Positions 9,421 through 18,266 of a stretch of DNA of 64,000 nucleotides are shown here, piece by piece. Under the pieces are notes generated by a model, which saw nothing but the letters and a program-made list of their open reading frames with translations, was not told where the DNA came from and ran no database searches. A program made the translations under genes and the position numbers. The stretch spans positions 7,808-71,807 of the forward strand of contig NZ_BAABGX010000002.1 of assembly GCF_039541795.1 (NCBI RefSeq), read 5' to 3'. The stretch is from Nibribacter koreensis (GTDB lineage: Bacteria > Bacteroidota > Bacteroidia > Cytophagales > Hymenobacteraceae). Each line of letters starts with the position of its first letter. Position 1 is the stretch's first letter.

Positions 9421-9437
9421 ACAACAACAACAACAAC
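9407..9437. repeat. (CAA)10 trinucleotide microsatellite
   Basis: caacaacaacaacaacaacaacaacaacaac. It produces a spurious poly-Cys ORF on the minus strand. Confidence 0.9.
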
Positions 9438-9813
9438 GGCGACAGACGGTAGCATAGACCATGCATACGCAAGGTGAGGCACATGCCTCAGGGGATTGGA
9501 AATCCCCGACAGAGTAGTTCGGGATTAGAAATCCCGAACAGCGTAGATCTCGAACAGCATAGCAGCGTAGCAGCAGAGACCAACCACGGCGGCGCAGCAG
9601 AGGCAAGTAGTATAGCAACTGGAGAGGCAATCTTAATCGTTGGTGAGGGCGCCAACCAAGGCAGGCTAGAATTGAGAACAGAGAAGAAGCAGACCCACCA
9701 ACTGGGATTCAGGCAGAGAGATAGTCAACCTAAATCGGAAGCAACAGAACTAATTTGCTTGCGGACCCAAGCGGACGCTGGCGCCATGTCAAACGCCTCA
9801 GGCAAGGCTTCCT

Positions 9814-9852
9814 CGCTTTTAGCCTGATTCCCAGAAAACAAGCTAAAAACGC
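9814..9852. repeat. 38-bp intergenic palindromic element (inverted-loop orientation)
   Basis: cgcttttagcctgattcccagaaaacaagctaaaaacgc. Confidence 0.7.
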
Positions 9853-9857
9853 AGACG

Positions 9858-11207
9858 CTAAGCAACTGCCACAAGGGAGGTAGAAGCAGCAACAAGTCCC
9901 TCCGGCACCAACGGCACCTCTACAAAGAAACTCACGCCAGAAACAGGGTGGCTTTCAAACCAGATGCGGCCGTTCTGGGCTTCTACAAACTCCCGGCAGA
10001 GCACCAAGCCTAAGCCCACGCCCTTCTCTTGTTGGGTGCCATAGGTGGTGCCGCTGTTAAGCAAGAAAATGTCTGGCGAAAGAAGCGCGGGTTGGCCGTT
10101 GCCGCTGTCGGTGACGGTTAAGAGCAGAGAGCCGTCCTGCTTTTGGGCGCTCACCTGCACGGTGCCGCCAGAGTTGGTGAACTTAACGGCGTTGTTGACC
10201 AGGTTCCTGACAATTAACTGCAGAAACTCTACTTCAGCGATGATGTGGACCGCTTGGTCTAGCGCATACGTCAAGGTAATGTCTTTGCGGCGCGCAATGT
10301 CCTTGAACAGCTCCAGGGTAGAAGACAGCGCCTGGTGGACGTTGATAGACGTCAAGGCCTTCTTGCTCCCGTCCATCTGACTTTTAGACCAAGCCAGTAC
10401 GTTGGTGAGCATGTCCAGGGTGGTCTGGGTATTCTGCAGGAGCTGCGTTTTAATCTGCAGGCGTTGCTCAGGGGGCATTTCGGCCTTGGTCAAGAACTGA
10501 AGGTAGCCTTGAATGTTCGCCAAGGGCGCGTGCAGGTCATGTGATATGATGGACAACAGCTTGGTCTTCTCCTGGTTTAGCTTTAGCAAGGCTTTGTTGG
10601 CTTGTTCGGTGGCCAGGCGGGCGTTGTTGTAGTGGTTGAGCAAGAAGACGGTACACACCCGTATGAGCACAATTACAATGAGGTAGGTGGTGACCATGTC
10701 AATAAAACGGGTCTCCCGGCTGAGGTAGCGCCCAAGGATGACTTCTGGGTACAAGTACTCCACCAAAGCCAGACTTAAAATTAGCCCTACGTTGACGCTG
10801 GTCCAAACCCAGTAGCGGCCTTTGGTAGCCACCACCAGAATAGGAAAGAAAAACAAGGACAGCAGCACCAGCGTGGGGCCGGTAATGCCGTCATTGAAAA
10901 AGTAATTAATGCCCAAACCCGCATGCACGGACAAAGACAGGATTAAAAAACTGCGGTGGTACCTGCCTTTGAACCTGGACAGATAAAACGCATAGGTCAC
11001 CAGTCCCAGCAAAAAAATAGTAACGAAGAATGGGCCGTACAGCGCAGAGATGATGTTGAACGGAATGTTATACCCCACGCCTATGATGGTGATGAGACAG
11101 AAGGTGTTGTAAACACGTTGCTCCATGGAGAATTCCTTAGCCGAACCCACCAAATGTACCCATGTCTGCTTTATCTTCTCCCGTACTCCCGTCACGCTAC
11201 GTATCAT
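9858..11207 (-). CDS. Sensor histidine kinase with N-terminal polytopic membrane sensor domain
   Basis: H-box in 'IISHDLHAPLANIQGYLQFL'. N and G boxes in 'NLVNNAVKFTNSGGTV...VTDSGNGQP...GVGLGL'. Six to seven N-terminal TM helices. Confidence 0.8.
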   Translation of the reverse strand: MIRSVTGVREKIKQTWVHLVGSAKEFSMEQRVYNTFCLITIIGVGYNIPFNIISALYGPFFVTIFLLGLVTYAFYLSRFKGRYHRSFLILSLSVHAGLGINYFFNDGITGPTLVLLSLFFFPILVVATKGRYWVWTSVNVGLILSLALVEYLYPEVILGRYLSRETRFIDMVTTYLIVIVLIRVCTVFLLNHYNNARLATEQANKALLKLNQEKTKLLSIISHDLHAPLANIQGYLQFLTKAEMPPEQRLQIKTQLLQNTQTTLDMLTNVLAWSKSQMDGSKKALTSINVHQALSSTLELFKDIARRKDITLTYALDQAVHIIAEVEFLQLIVRNLVNNAVKFTNSGGTVQVSAQKQDGSLLLTVTDSGNGQPALLSPDIFLLNSGTTYGTQQEKGVGLGLVLCREFVEAQNGRIWFESHPVSGVSFFVEVPLVPEGLVAASTSLVAVA

Positions 11208-11473
11208 TCTTAAGCGGCCTTAAACCGGCACAAAGATACTAGGTATAGATATAAGTTAATTGCACTATAAAAAGAATGTAGCAACATGAAATAGCATCGT
11301 ATAAACAATTTTTAAAGGCTATTTTAAGTCATATACTCAATGTTATCAACCTTAAAAGAATCCCACCCAGGTTAGACTGGTTTAAACAATTGTCTATTTC
11401 AAAATTTAACAATATCAATATAGATTAAAATTATCTAGGCTAGATACAAATCATTTATAACCGTGGCAAAAAT

Positions 11474-11523
11474 AACAAGGGCACCTTCTGTGCAGATGGT
11501 CTGCCGTAGAAGGTGCCCTTGTT
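11474..11523. terminator. Hairpin terminator downstream of M28 peptidase gene
   Basis: aacaagggcaccttct-gtgcagatggtctgccgtag-aaggtgcccttgtt. Stem of 14 bp. Confidence 0.6.
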
Positions 11524-11573
11524 CAATTAGGTTAACAGCGCTCTATTAATCAGAATGCCATTACTGGTTACAC

Positions 11574-13181
11574 TTAATCCAAACCGCCTTTACGGGTGGG
11601 TTTGTTCTGCGTAGGCCAAGTGCCCGGCTGCCCTGTTCTAGGGTTTACCGGCAAGACAATGCGCTCTCTGGATGTTTTGGCTGGATCTTCGCTGGCCATG
11701 TAGGCTAAGATGGCGGTTAAGATGGCATTGCTGCGCACATCATCAAACACAATCTTGTCATAGGTGTCGCGGTTGGTATGCCAGGTGTAGGTGCCGTATG
11801 ACCAGTTCAAAGAGCTCAGGGAAAATGCCGGGGCGCCCGCCGCTACAAATGAGGCATGGTCTGACCCGCCCCCGCCCGGCGTACCCGGGAAGTTGGTTTC
11901 AATAGGCTGACGGATAGACGCCGGTACCGCAGACAGCCAGCGGCCAATGTAATCATACGAGTGCAGAAAGCCCTGACCCGAGATGTTCACCACGCGGCCC
12001 GTACCGTTGTCCTGGTTGAAGACCGCCTGGATGTTCTTCACAATCTCTGGGTGATCTTCTACAAACGCGCGTGAGCCGTTCAAGCCCTGCTCCTCACTGC
12101 CCCAGTGGCCTACCAGGATGGTGCGCTTAGGGTTAGGATAGAGTTTCTTTAAGATGCGCATGGCCTCCATCATGACAATGGTACCAGTCCCGTTGTCTGT
12201 AGCGCCAGAACCGCCGTCCCAAGAGTCAAAGTGCGCTGACAGGATCACGTACTCATCAGGCTTCTCAGAGCCTTTGATTTCTGCAATGGTGTTGAAGGCC
12301 GGCACTACGCCTAATTCCTTCGCATTCACCTTGATGTTGATTTTAGGCTTGTCGCCGGCTTCTACCATGCGGTACAGCATGCCGTAGTCTTCCAGGGCAA
12401 TGTCTACCGTAGGGATTTTCTTGGTAAAGGCATTGAAAATCTTGTTCACGCCAAACCCCGCTGACCAGTTGGACATGACAATACCTGCGGCGCCGGCTTT
12501 CTCCAGCACCGCGGGCAAGGTGCGGGTGGTATAACCAGTTTTGGCCAGTTTGTTGCGCCAGGCTTCGGTTTGCGCCGTGCGTTGGGCTTTCATTTTGTCA
12601 AAAGAGGCTGCGGTGGCAAATTCCTGCCAGTTATAGTCTGGTCTACCAGTGGGCTGGTACATAGAGATCATGACCAGTTTGCCTTTCACATTTGGCAACC
12701 ATTGTAAGAAAGAAACGGAGTCGGTGATTTCTGCCGGCAGGGTAATCAGTTCGGCGGTGACGCCTTTGCCTTTGGTGGCCGGGCTCCAGGCCAGCTGCAT
12801 GCCCTCTAAGGATTTTACCCTAGGTGCTACCATCTCTATTTGTGACGTGCCTCTTTCCCAGCCACGCCATTCGCCCCATTTCTCGTTGCGGGCCATGATG
12901 CCCCAGCCTTTGTACTTCTCAATGGCCCAGTCGTTGGCCTGCTTCATTTGGGGCGAGCCCACCAGACGCGGGCCAATTTTATCCAAAAGTTCATAGGCCA
13001 GGCGCTCTAGCTGCGAATTCTCGGTGGCTTCCTTCACAATGGCTTCCACCATCGGGTTTTTAGGTGCTTGCGTCTGCGCGTTGTTGGGCGTTTGGGCCTG
13101 CCCTACCTGGGCAGACAAGAGCAAGGCCGCCAGCAGGGCCTTGGGCAGGTGATGGGTATAGCGTTTCATCATAGTTTTCAT
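11574..13181 (-). CDS. M28-family zinc peptidase with PA domain, secreted
   Basis: Signal peptide MKTMMKRYTHHLPKALLAALLLSAQVGQAQ. The motif 'LSAHFDSWDGGSGATDNGTGTIVMMEAMRIL' is the M28 metal-binding signature. Confidence 0.8.
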   Translation of the reverse strand: MKTMMKRYTHHLPKALLAALLLSAQVGQAQTPNNAQTQAPKNPMVEAIVKEATENSQLERLAYELLDKIGPRLVGSPQMKQANDWAIEKYKGWGIMARNEKWGEWRGWERGTSQIEMVAPRVKSLEGMQLAWSPATKGKGVTAELITLPAEITDSVSFLQWLPNVKGKLVMISMYQPTGRPDYNWQEFATAASFDKMKAQRTAQTEAWRNKLAKTGYTTRTLPAVLEKAGAAGIVMSNWSAGFGVNKIFNAFTKKIPTVDIALEDYGMLYRMVEAGDKPKINIKVNAKELGVVPAFNTIAEIKGSEKPDEYVILSAHFDSWDGGSGATDNGTGTIVMMEAMRILKKLYPNPKRTILVGHWGSEEQGLNGSRAFVEDHPEIVKNIQAVFNQDNGTGRVVNISGQGFLHSYDYIGRWLSAVPASIRQPIETNFPGTPGGGGSDHASFVAAGAPAFSLSSLNWSYGTYTWHTNRDTYDKIVFDDVRSNAILTAILAYMASEDPAKTSRERIVLPVNPRTGQPGTWPTQNKPTRKGGLD

Positions 13182-13333
13182 GTTTGCTAATTTAGGAAAG
13201 GATTACCGTCTGGCAACAGATAAATCTTACGCACAGGCGTTTGGCCGCTTTCCTTTATGAAAGCAGCCTCTCTTCCTAGAAACTTATTTGCCTTATATTT
13301 ACTTTATAGGGTACCCCCATACCATAGACGCAC

Positions 13334-13588
13334 ATGCTAGAATATTCTATTTTTAGAAAGCTGCCGCCTTGGATGCAAGTGCAAGAGTTGGCCCAGAAAG
13401 GCGCTTTCCTAGCTTTAAGACACCATAAGGACTGGACCGTCCAACTCTATTACATTGACAACCGCTTTGTAGAAGTCTGGGGCCGGGGCGGCTTGCACAT
13501 CGTCAGTACGTTTTATGAACCTGCTAATGCCTTGCACGTGGTGGAGCCATATTTAGGGACGATGGAGGTGCAGGATTTGTATCTGTAG
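13334..13588 (+). CDS. Hypothetical protein
   Basis: 84-aa ORF with no recognisable motif. It sits in its own intergenic window. Confidence 0.3.
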   Translation: MLEYSIFRKLPPWMQVQELAQKGAFLALRHHKDWTVQLYYIDNRFVEVWGRGGLHIVSTFYEPANALHVVEPYLGTMEVQDLYL

Positions 13589-13649
13589 TTTGGTTTTTTT
13601 GTTAGGAATTTCTGAGGTGGAGGGCAAGATTATTTTTAGCTGTTGTTGG

Positions 13650-14200
13650 TGTTCTCACCAACGACCAAGATTGCCTCTCTAACTGCTGTAGTGCATTTGT
13701 GCACTTCCGTTGGCTAATCCCTAGGTAATACCTTGTGCTCCGGTGCGTACTATCTTTCTTGTTGCATTTTGTCCGCTAAGCGCTCACGGCCGCGGGGCCT
13801 CGTCTTGGCCCTTCGCACTGCTGTTGTACTCTGGGCCTTTGGCCCCGCCTTTCAGGCGACGAAACAACAGAGGCGCTCAGAACCAAGACTGGTTTCGGTC
13901 CCTTTCTGCTGAGACTAGATGATAGATTCAGGTTTTTGCATGTAAGTTCAGCTGCTGTCGCTGCAGAGTCACTCGTGCTGCGCACGGTTTGCTTTATCTT
14001 GGTTCACGAGAGCGGCCGACTGCCGGTTGTAGCGTCGCTCCGCGGAACGACGTGGTCCAACGCAGCATTGGCCGCGCTATCCCGGTTGGCACTGTTCTCT
14101 GAAACAGAAGATTCATTCATTCCCAGAAAGAGGTTTCTATTCTGCCAGAGGCGTTCCCGTTACATGGGGGCACGTCGTTCCGCGGAACGACGTTACGTTA
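13650..14200 (+). repeat. Composite repeat, copy C (partial, diverged 3' half)
   Basis: The core 'ccgctaagcgctcacggccgcggggcctcgtcttggccc...ggcgacgaaacaacagaggcgctcag' is shared with copies A, B and D. The tail carries two 20-bp palindromes, cgtcg(c/t)tccgcggaacgacg, at 14031-14054 and 14174-14193. Confidence 0.65.
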
Positions 14201-14208
14201 ACAGGTGT

Positions 14209-14246
14209 CGTTTTTAGCTCCATTCCCGGAAATCAGCCCGAAAATG
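14209..14246. repeat. 38-bp intergenic palindromic element (degenerate)
   Basis: cgtttttagctccattcccggaaatcagcccgaaaatg. Confidence 0.6.
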
Positions 14247-14323
14247 ACTCAAAGGATACAAGCCGTTTTAAGAGAAAGACAATTGTCCTTGGGTACCGGT
14301 GTGCAAGCCTGTAAGTTTGTGGC

Positions 14324-14998
14324 ATGGAAGAGCAATTTTTCACTGACTACCGGAGCCGCATCGTGCAGTTCTTGCAGGCAAACGCTATGTTGCTGGCCCA
14401 GTACCACAGTACGCAAGTTCAGGTAAATGCCCAAGAAGTGCTTCTACAACAAGGAGCCCATCCCAAAGGCATTTATGTATTGGCTTCGGGTCTGGTAAAG
14501 GTTACGCGCACTACCGCCAACGGACAACTTTTTACCTTGGGCGTATTTGGTCCCGGCGAGATGGAGGGTGACGTAGAAGCCATTTTGGGCATGCCTTACA
14601 TCTGCACAGTGCATACCCTCACACACTGCTCATTCCATTACCTGGAGCAGGCACAATTCCTTCAGATGCTGGCTCAGGAACCTGACTTCAATTTGCTGGT
14701 GCACAAGGCCATAGCGTCTAAACTGGCTAATACCTCTTTGCAAACTTCCATCCAGAGCACCAACCGGCTCTACTACACGCTTTTGATAGTTTTGCGCGAA
14801 CTCTCCCAAGTCCAGGACCTCCACGTCACCAAAAGCCTGCTCACTGAGTTCTTAGGCACCTCGCAGCGCAACCTAAACCGCCTGCTGGGCCAGATGGAGG
14901 ACGAAGGAATTTTACATGTAAAAGGAAGCCAAATACAGCACATCCATAAACCTCTAGTTGAGAAAAGAATCACCACGTATGACCACGAAATACACTAA
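14324..14998 (+). CDS. Crp/Fnr-family transcriptional regulator (cNMP-binding domain plus C-terminal HTH)
   Basis: 224 aa. The beta-roll region 'GIYVLASGLVKVTRTTANGQLFTLGVFGPGEMEG' is followed by a C-terminal HTH segment 'TEFLGTSQRNLNRLLGQMEDEGIL'. Confidence 0.7.
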   Translation: MEEQFFTDYRSRIVQFLQANAMLLAQYHSTQVQVNAQEVLLQQGAHPKGIYVLASGLVKVTRTTANGQLFTLGVFGPGEMEGDVEAILGMPYICTVHTLTHCSFHYLEQAQFLQMLAQEPDFNLLVHKAIASKLANTSLQTSIQSTNRLYYTLLIVLRELSQVQDLHVTKSLLTEFLGTSQRNLNRLLGQMEDEGILHVKGSQIQHIHKPLVEKRITTYDHEIH

Positions 14999-15635
14999 AC
15001 ACCCTATCACCGTGCAGGGCTGGGACCGCGAAGAGCAGTTCAATTTTTTCAAAAGCTTCACCCAGCCGTTTTTCAATGTGCACACAGAGATAGACATCAC
15101 GCCGCTCTATACTTATTGTAAGCGCACCCAGACGTCTGTGTTTATGGCCTATTTGTACGTGACCTTGCAGGCCGCCAGAACCGCTGACAATTTCTTGTAC
15201 CGCCTGGACAACGGACAACCGGTCAAGTATGAGGGGCTGGACATTTCCACCACGTTGCTTAAAGACAATCAGACCATAGCCTTCGCACATTTTCCTTTCC
15301 AGGATTCTTTAGCCGAATTCTGCGCTTCTGCCCAAGCCATTAGTCAGGAGGTAAAATCCAGCCCCAAACTATTTCACGGCTACCAAGGCCCCGACAACCT
15401 GCATGTCACCACCCTGCCCTGGTTTCCCTTTAAAGGGATGGAGCACGCGTTTATGATCAATGACCAAGAAGCTGGTATTCCTAAAATAGCGTTCGGGCAG
15501 TTGGAAAAGCGTGAGCATGGCGTTTTCCTGCCGTTGAGCATTGCCCTGCACCACGCGCTGGCAGACGGCTTTCACATACACCTGTTCCTTCAGCAAATGA
15601 GCGGCTACATCAACGCATTTGACTTTGCTGGTTAA
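14979..15635 (+). CDS. cat: Chloramphenicol O-acetyltransferase, type A (CAT family)
   Basis: The active-site region 'LSIALHHALADGFHIHLFL' corresponds to the CAT catalytic-His motif HHAVCDGFH. Overall length and the N-terminus 'ITVQGWDREEQFNFF' are CAT-like. Start set at MTTKY. The ORF's first ATG at 14958 overlaps the end of the upstream Crp-family regulator gene. Confidence 0.8.
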   Translation: MTTKYTKHPITVQGWDREEQFNFFKSFTQPFFNVHTEIDITPLYTYCKRTQTSVFMAYLYVTLQAARTADNFLYRLDNGQPVKYEGLDISTTLLKDNQTIAFAHFPFQDSLAEFCASAQAISQEVKSSPKLFHGYQGPDNLHVTTLPWFPFKGMEHAFMINDQEAGIPKIAFGQLEKREHGVFLPLSIALHHALADGFHIHLFLQQMSGYINAFDFAG

Positions 15636-15848
15636 GTGATTGATGTGGAGATTTGGAGATTTGAAAATGTGGAGATGCCTAAATTGAACCTTTCACTTTG
15701 TCACCCTGAAAGTGGCACATCCTGCGGGCTTGGTTTGGGAGACTTGTGGGTTGGCTAGACAGTTCATAGTCTCTGATGGCATTCTCTTCCATATTTTGAA
15801 AACAATCCCCATGGACACATCTTCAAATTTCCACATCTCCACATAAAT

Positions 15849-15888
15849 CCGTTTTTAGTCTCTTTTGGCCAAAACATGCTAAAAACGC
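15849..15888. repeat. Palindromic element, variant with cttttgg/ccaaaag core
   Basis: ccgtttttagtctcttttggccaaaacatgctaaaaacgc. Confidence 0.6.
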
Positions 15889-15971
15889 ATTCTATCATTC
15901 TCCTTCTTCGTCGCATTCCCGTTAAACCAATTTCTAATTTTTAACTTCTAATTTCTAATTACAAAAAGAAC

Positions 15972-16214
15972 ATGGTTCAACGCGAAGTAACCGATAAAGA
16001 CAACCTTACCTGGACGTGCGTGCAAGCCTATGCGGGCCTAGAGGGAGATGCCGCTGAAAAAGCCACTGAGCTCAGTGAGACGGACGCTGGCAAAGTGACC
16101 GTAGTCTGCACTCCCAGCGGCCAGGCCCAAACCGTACGGCTAGAAGTTGCCAAAGACTGGCTAGACACTTTATCAGACGATGAACTGGTGCAACAGATTG
16201 AGCAGAATAGGTAA
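15972..16214 (+). CDS. Hypothetical small acidic protein
   Basis: 80-aa ORF bounded by palindromic elements. No motif recognised. Confidence 0.35.
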   Translation: MVQREVTDKDNLTWTCVQAYAGLEGDAAEKATELSETDAGKVTVVCTPSGQAQTVRLEVAKDWLDTLSDDELVQQIEQNR

Positions 16215-16274
16215 CAGCATCGTTCCCTGAGATATCCAGCGTAGCTTGCACACTACTCATATGCAGTGGAAACT

Positions 16275-16328
16275 CCCATAATCGTTTTTGGCCTCTTTTG
16301 ATTAAAAGAGGCCAAAAACGATTATGGG
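16275..16328. repeat. Palindromic element, extended near-perfect 54-bp palindrome
   Basis: cccataatcgtttttggcctcttttgattaaaagaggccaaaaacgattatggg. Confidence 0.8.
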
Positions 16329-16415
16329 AGTTTTTTGAATGGTCTAAATCTAAACGGACTTCTATTAAAACCATTCAAAAAAACTGATGTTCCTCCCGAA
16401 GGAGATATGCCCTCA

Positions 16416-17918
16416 TCACCTTAACTCATTGCTCAGGCGCCAATCATTGTAATTCCAGGACTGCCACTCTTTTTGCGCTTCTCCCCTCAAATACTCCAGC
16501 TCCCATTCCGCCAAAGATTTTTTTTGATTGTCAGTGAAGGCGTGCCTGGATAAGGCAATATCCTCTTTCAAGAGAGAGAGGTTAGAATTAGACAAAGTGA
16601 ATAGATATGCAAGGTCTGGCGACTTGGCATAGGTCAGGTTGAATCTAGTAAGCACTCTGTCCCAGTTCACGGTAGAGAAGACCACCAGAAGTACGTACAC
16701 TGCCCAGCCATTCATTCTAAACAGATACCAGTTGGTCTTAACCTTGGACACTTTTATGTAACTAAAGATCAATCCTATTCCAGTTAAGATGAGGTAGGTG
16801 TACACCCCAATGCGTTTATAAGTCAGACCAGTACCTGTTATGTAAATGCTATTCTTGGTGAGCGTAAGGAGTACCAACACCATGTTTAGTCCCAGCCACA
16901 CGTAGGCTAACTTTTTTAAAGATTGGTTCTTGCTGTAGAAGTTCAGGTTTTCTCTGAATAAATATAAAAGAATGGCAATGGCTAAAAGGATAGTGAAGAT
17001 GAGAGTATATACGCCTTGATGTAAATACTCTGAATAGGGTATGCCCTCAGGAAGGTCACCTATGAAGAGATAATACGCGTCGGACAGTATAAATACAAAA
17101 AGGAGTCCATTCAGCAGGGCCAGTAGCAGCACGCCCGTTTTCAATTCATTCTTCAATGCCATGGTATTAAAAACCCTTTGAGCATATTTTTTGACCCGGC
17201 AAAGATGATTAGGTGCCAACTCATCCACCTTAGCCAATTTTGTTAGGATCAAGGGCCTGAAAAAACAAACTAACAACCACGCTCCAAACAAAGTAAACCA
17301 CACCCATGGCCAGGAAATAAAGTCAAAGTTTATAAAACTTAGTACATGCTCAAATCCCATGCTGGAGTTCTTGTAAAGCCACAGGAAAAGAAAGAATATC
17401 ACCAAAGGAAGCCCAACCACGGAAATCCGATGTTTACTGGTTGGAACAAACGACAAAGTGGCAAGCTGTTGCTCTTGGGTAGAATCCTTAGAAACCATCA
17501 ATGCTTTAACAGGTGCCGCTATCAAGGACCAGATAGCATATAGGGCCGCATAAAAGATGGAAGCAGAAGGCGCGGTGCTAAACACGGCTAAAAGTGCAAG
17601 GGAAATAACATTAGCCAAAATAGACAAGCCAGAATTTACTACAACAACGCTGAAGGCAGAGATAAGGCAGGCAAAAGCAGTGATCAGCCAATTTCTGTTA
17701 AGCATTTCCCTCCTTTCCTTCTGGAAAGTGAGTAAGGCAATCAAAAGCACTGTAAACAGCAGGTAATTAACTCCCGCAGTCTGGCTATAGAATAGATAAC
17801 TGTAGGCAATGGTGGCAACGGGGAGGTTCCAATTTTTCTTTTTCATATAGGTGAGAATAGTAAGGTGCACGACACTATTATATTGCATAGTACTTTGTGT
17901 TACAAAGTTAATTTTCAT
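16416..17918 (-). CDS. Polytopic membrane protein (DUF4153/DUF4173-like), function unknown
   Basis: At least 10 predicted TM helices and a C-terminal soluble region. The true start may be MKKKNW at 17843, because the first ATG lies inside an operator-like palindrome. Confidence 0.5.
   Translation of the reverse strand: MKINFVTQSTMQYNSVVHLTILTYMKKKNWNLPVATIAYSYLFYSQTAGVNYLLFTVLLIALLTFQKERREMLNRNWLITAFACLISAFSVVVVNSGLSILANVISLALLAVFSTAPSASIFYAALYAIWSLIAAPVKALMVSKDSTQEQQLATLSFVPTSKHRISVVGLPLVIFFLFLWLYKNSSMGFEHVLSFINFDFISWPWVWFTLFGAWLLVCFFRPLILTKLAKVDELAPNHLCRVKKYAQRVFNTMALKNELKTGVLLLALLNGLLFVFILSDAYYLFIGDLPEGIPYSEYLHQGVYTLIFTILLAIAILLYLFRENLNFYSKNQSLKKLAYVWLGLNMVLVLLTLTKNSIYITGTGLTYKRIGVYTYLILTGIGLIFSYIKVSKVKTNWYLFRMNGWAVYVLLVVFSTVNWDRVLTRFNLTYAKSPDLAYLFTLSNSNLSLLKEDIALSRHAFTDNQKKSLAEWELEYLRGEAQKEWQSWNYNDWRLSNELR
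17892..17908. promoter_or_regulatory. Operator-like palindrome ACTTTGT-gtt-ACAAAGT (site 1)
   Basis: Inverted-repeat arms are 6 or 7 bp, depending on whether the 5-nt or 3-nt spacer reading is used. It is duplicated 71 bp away in the divergent promoter region between the membrane protein and S9 peptidase genes. Confidence 0.4.
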
Positions 17919-17962
17919 TAAAAAAGGCCATAGTTGACCTTATCTTCTATCACTTTACATAG

Positions 17963-17979
17963 TACTTTGCGTTACAAAG
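17963..17979. promoter_or_regulatory. Operator-like palindrome ACTTTG-cgtta-CAAAGT (site 2)
   Basis: Second copy of the motif, embedded in the repeated 30-mer catagtactttgYgttacaaagttaat. Confidence 0.4.
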
Positions 17980-18266
17980 TTAATCTCACCAAAAAGAAAT
18001 CAAAACTTTTATCCGTGTTTATTTACAACGCAGTCCTGCTTCGTGAATAAACAATAGCTATCATAGGCCTAATGAAGTCTATACAGCTGACTCTCTAAAA
18101 GGATTGTGCAAAGAATTATCCTACCTGAGTTATTATTGGTTGAATTACGCCAACATGCTCATCTTTCCACAAGAAGAGATAGGTGGTTACTAAAGTTATT
18201 TTTCTAGATTTAAAGAATGGCTTATAGAAAGCCGGCTGTACTCCAACCTCCACACACCAACCTGAC

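Noticed and set aside
9292-9630. 112-aa ORF with a poly-Cys run (CCCCCCCCCC)
   Set aside because: It is created by the minus-strand reading of the (CAA)10 microsatellite. It lies in a repeat region and has no plausible start context.
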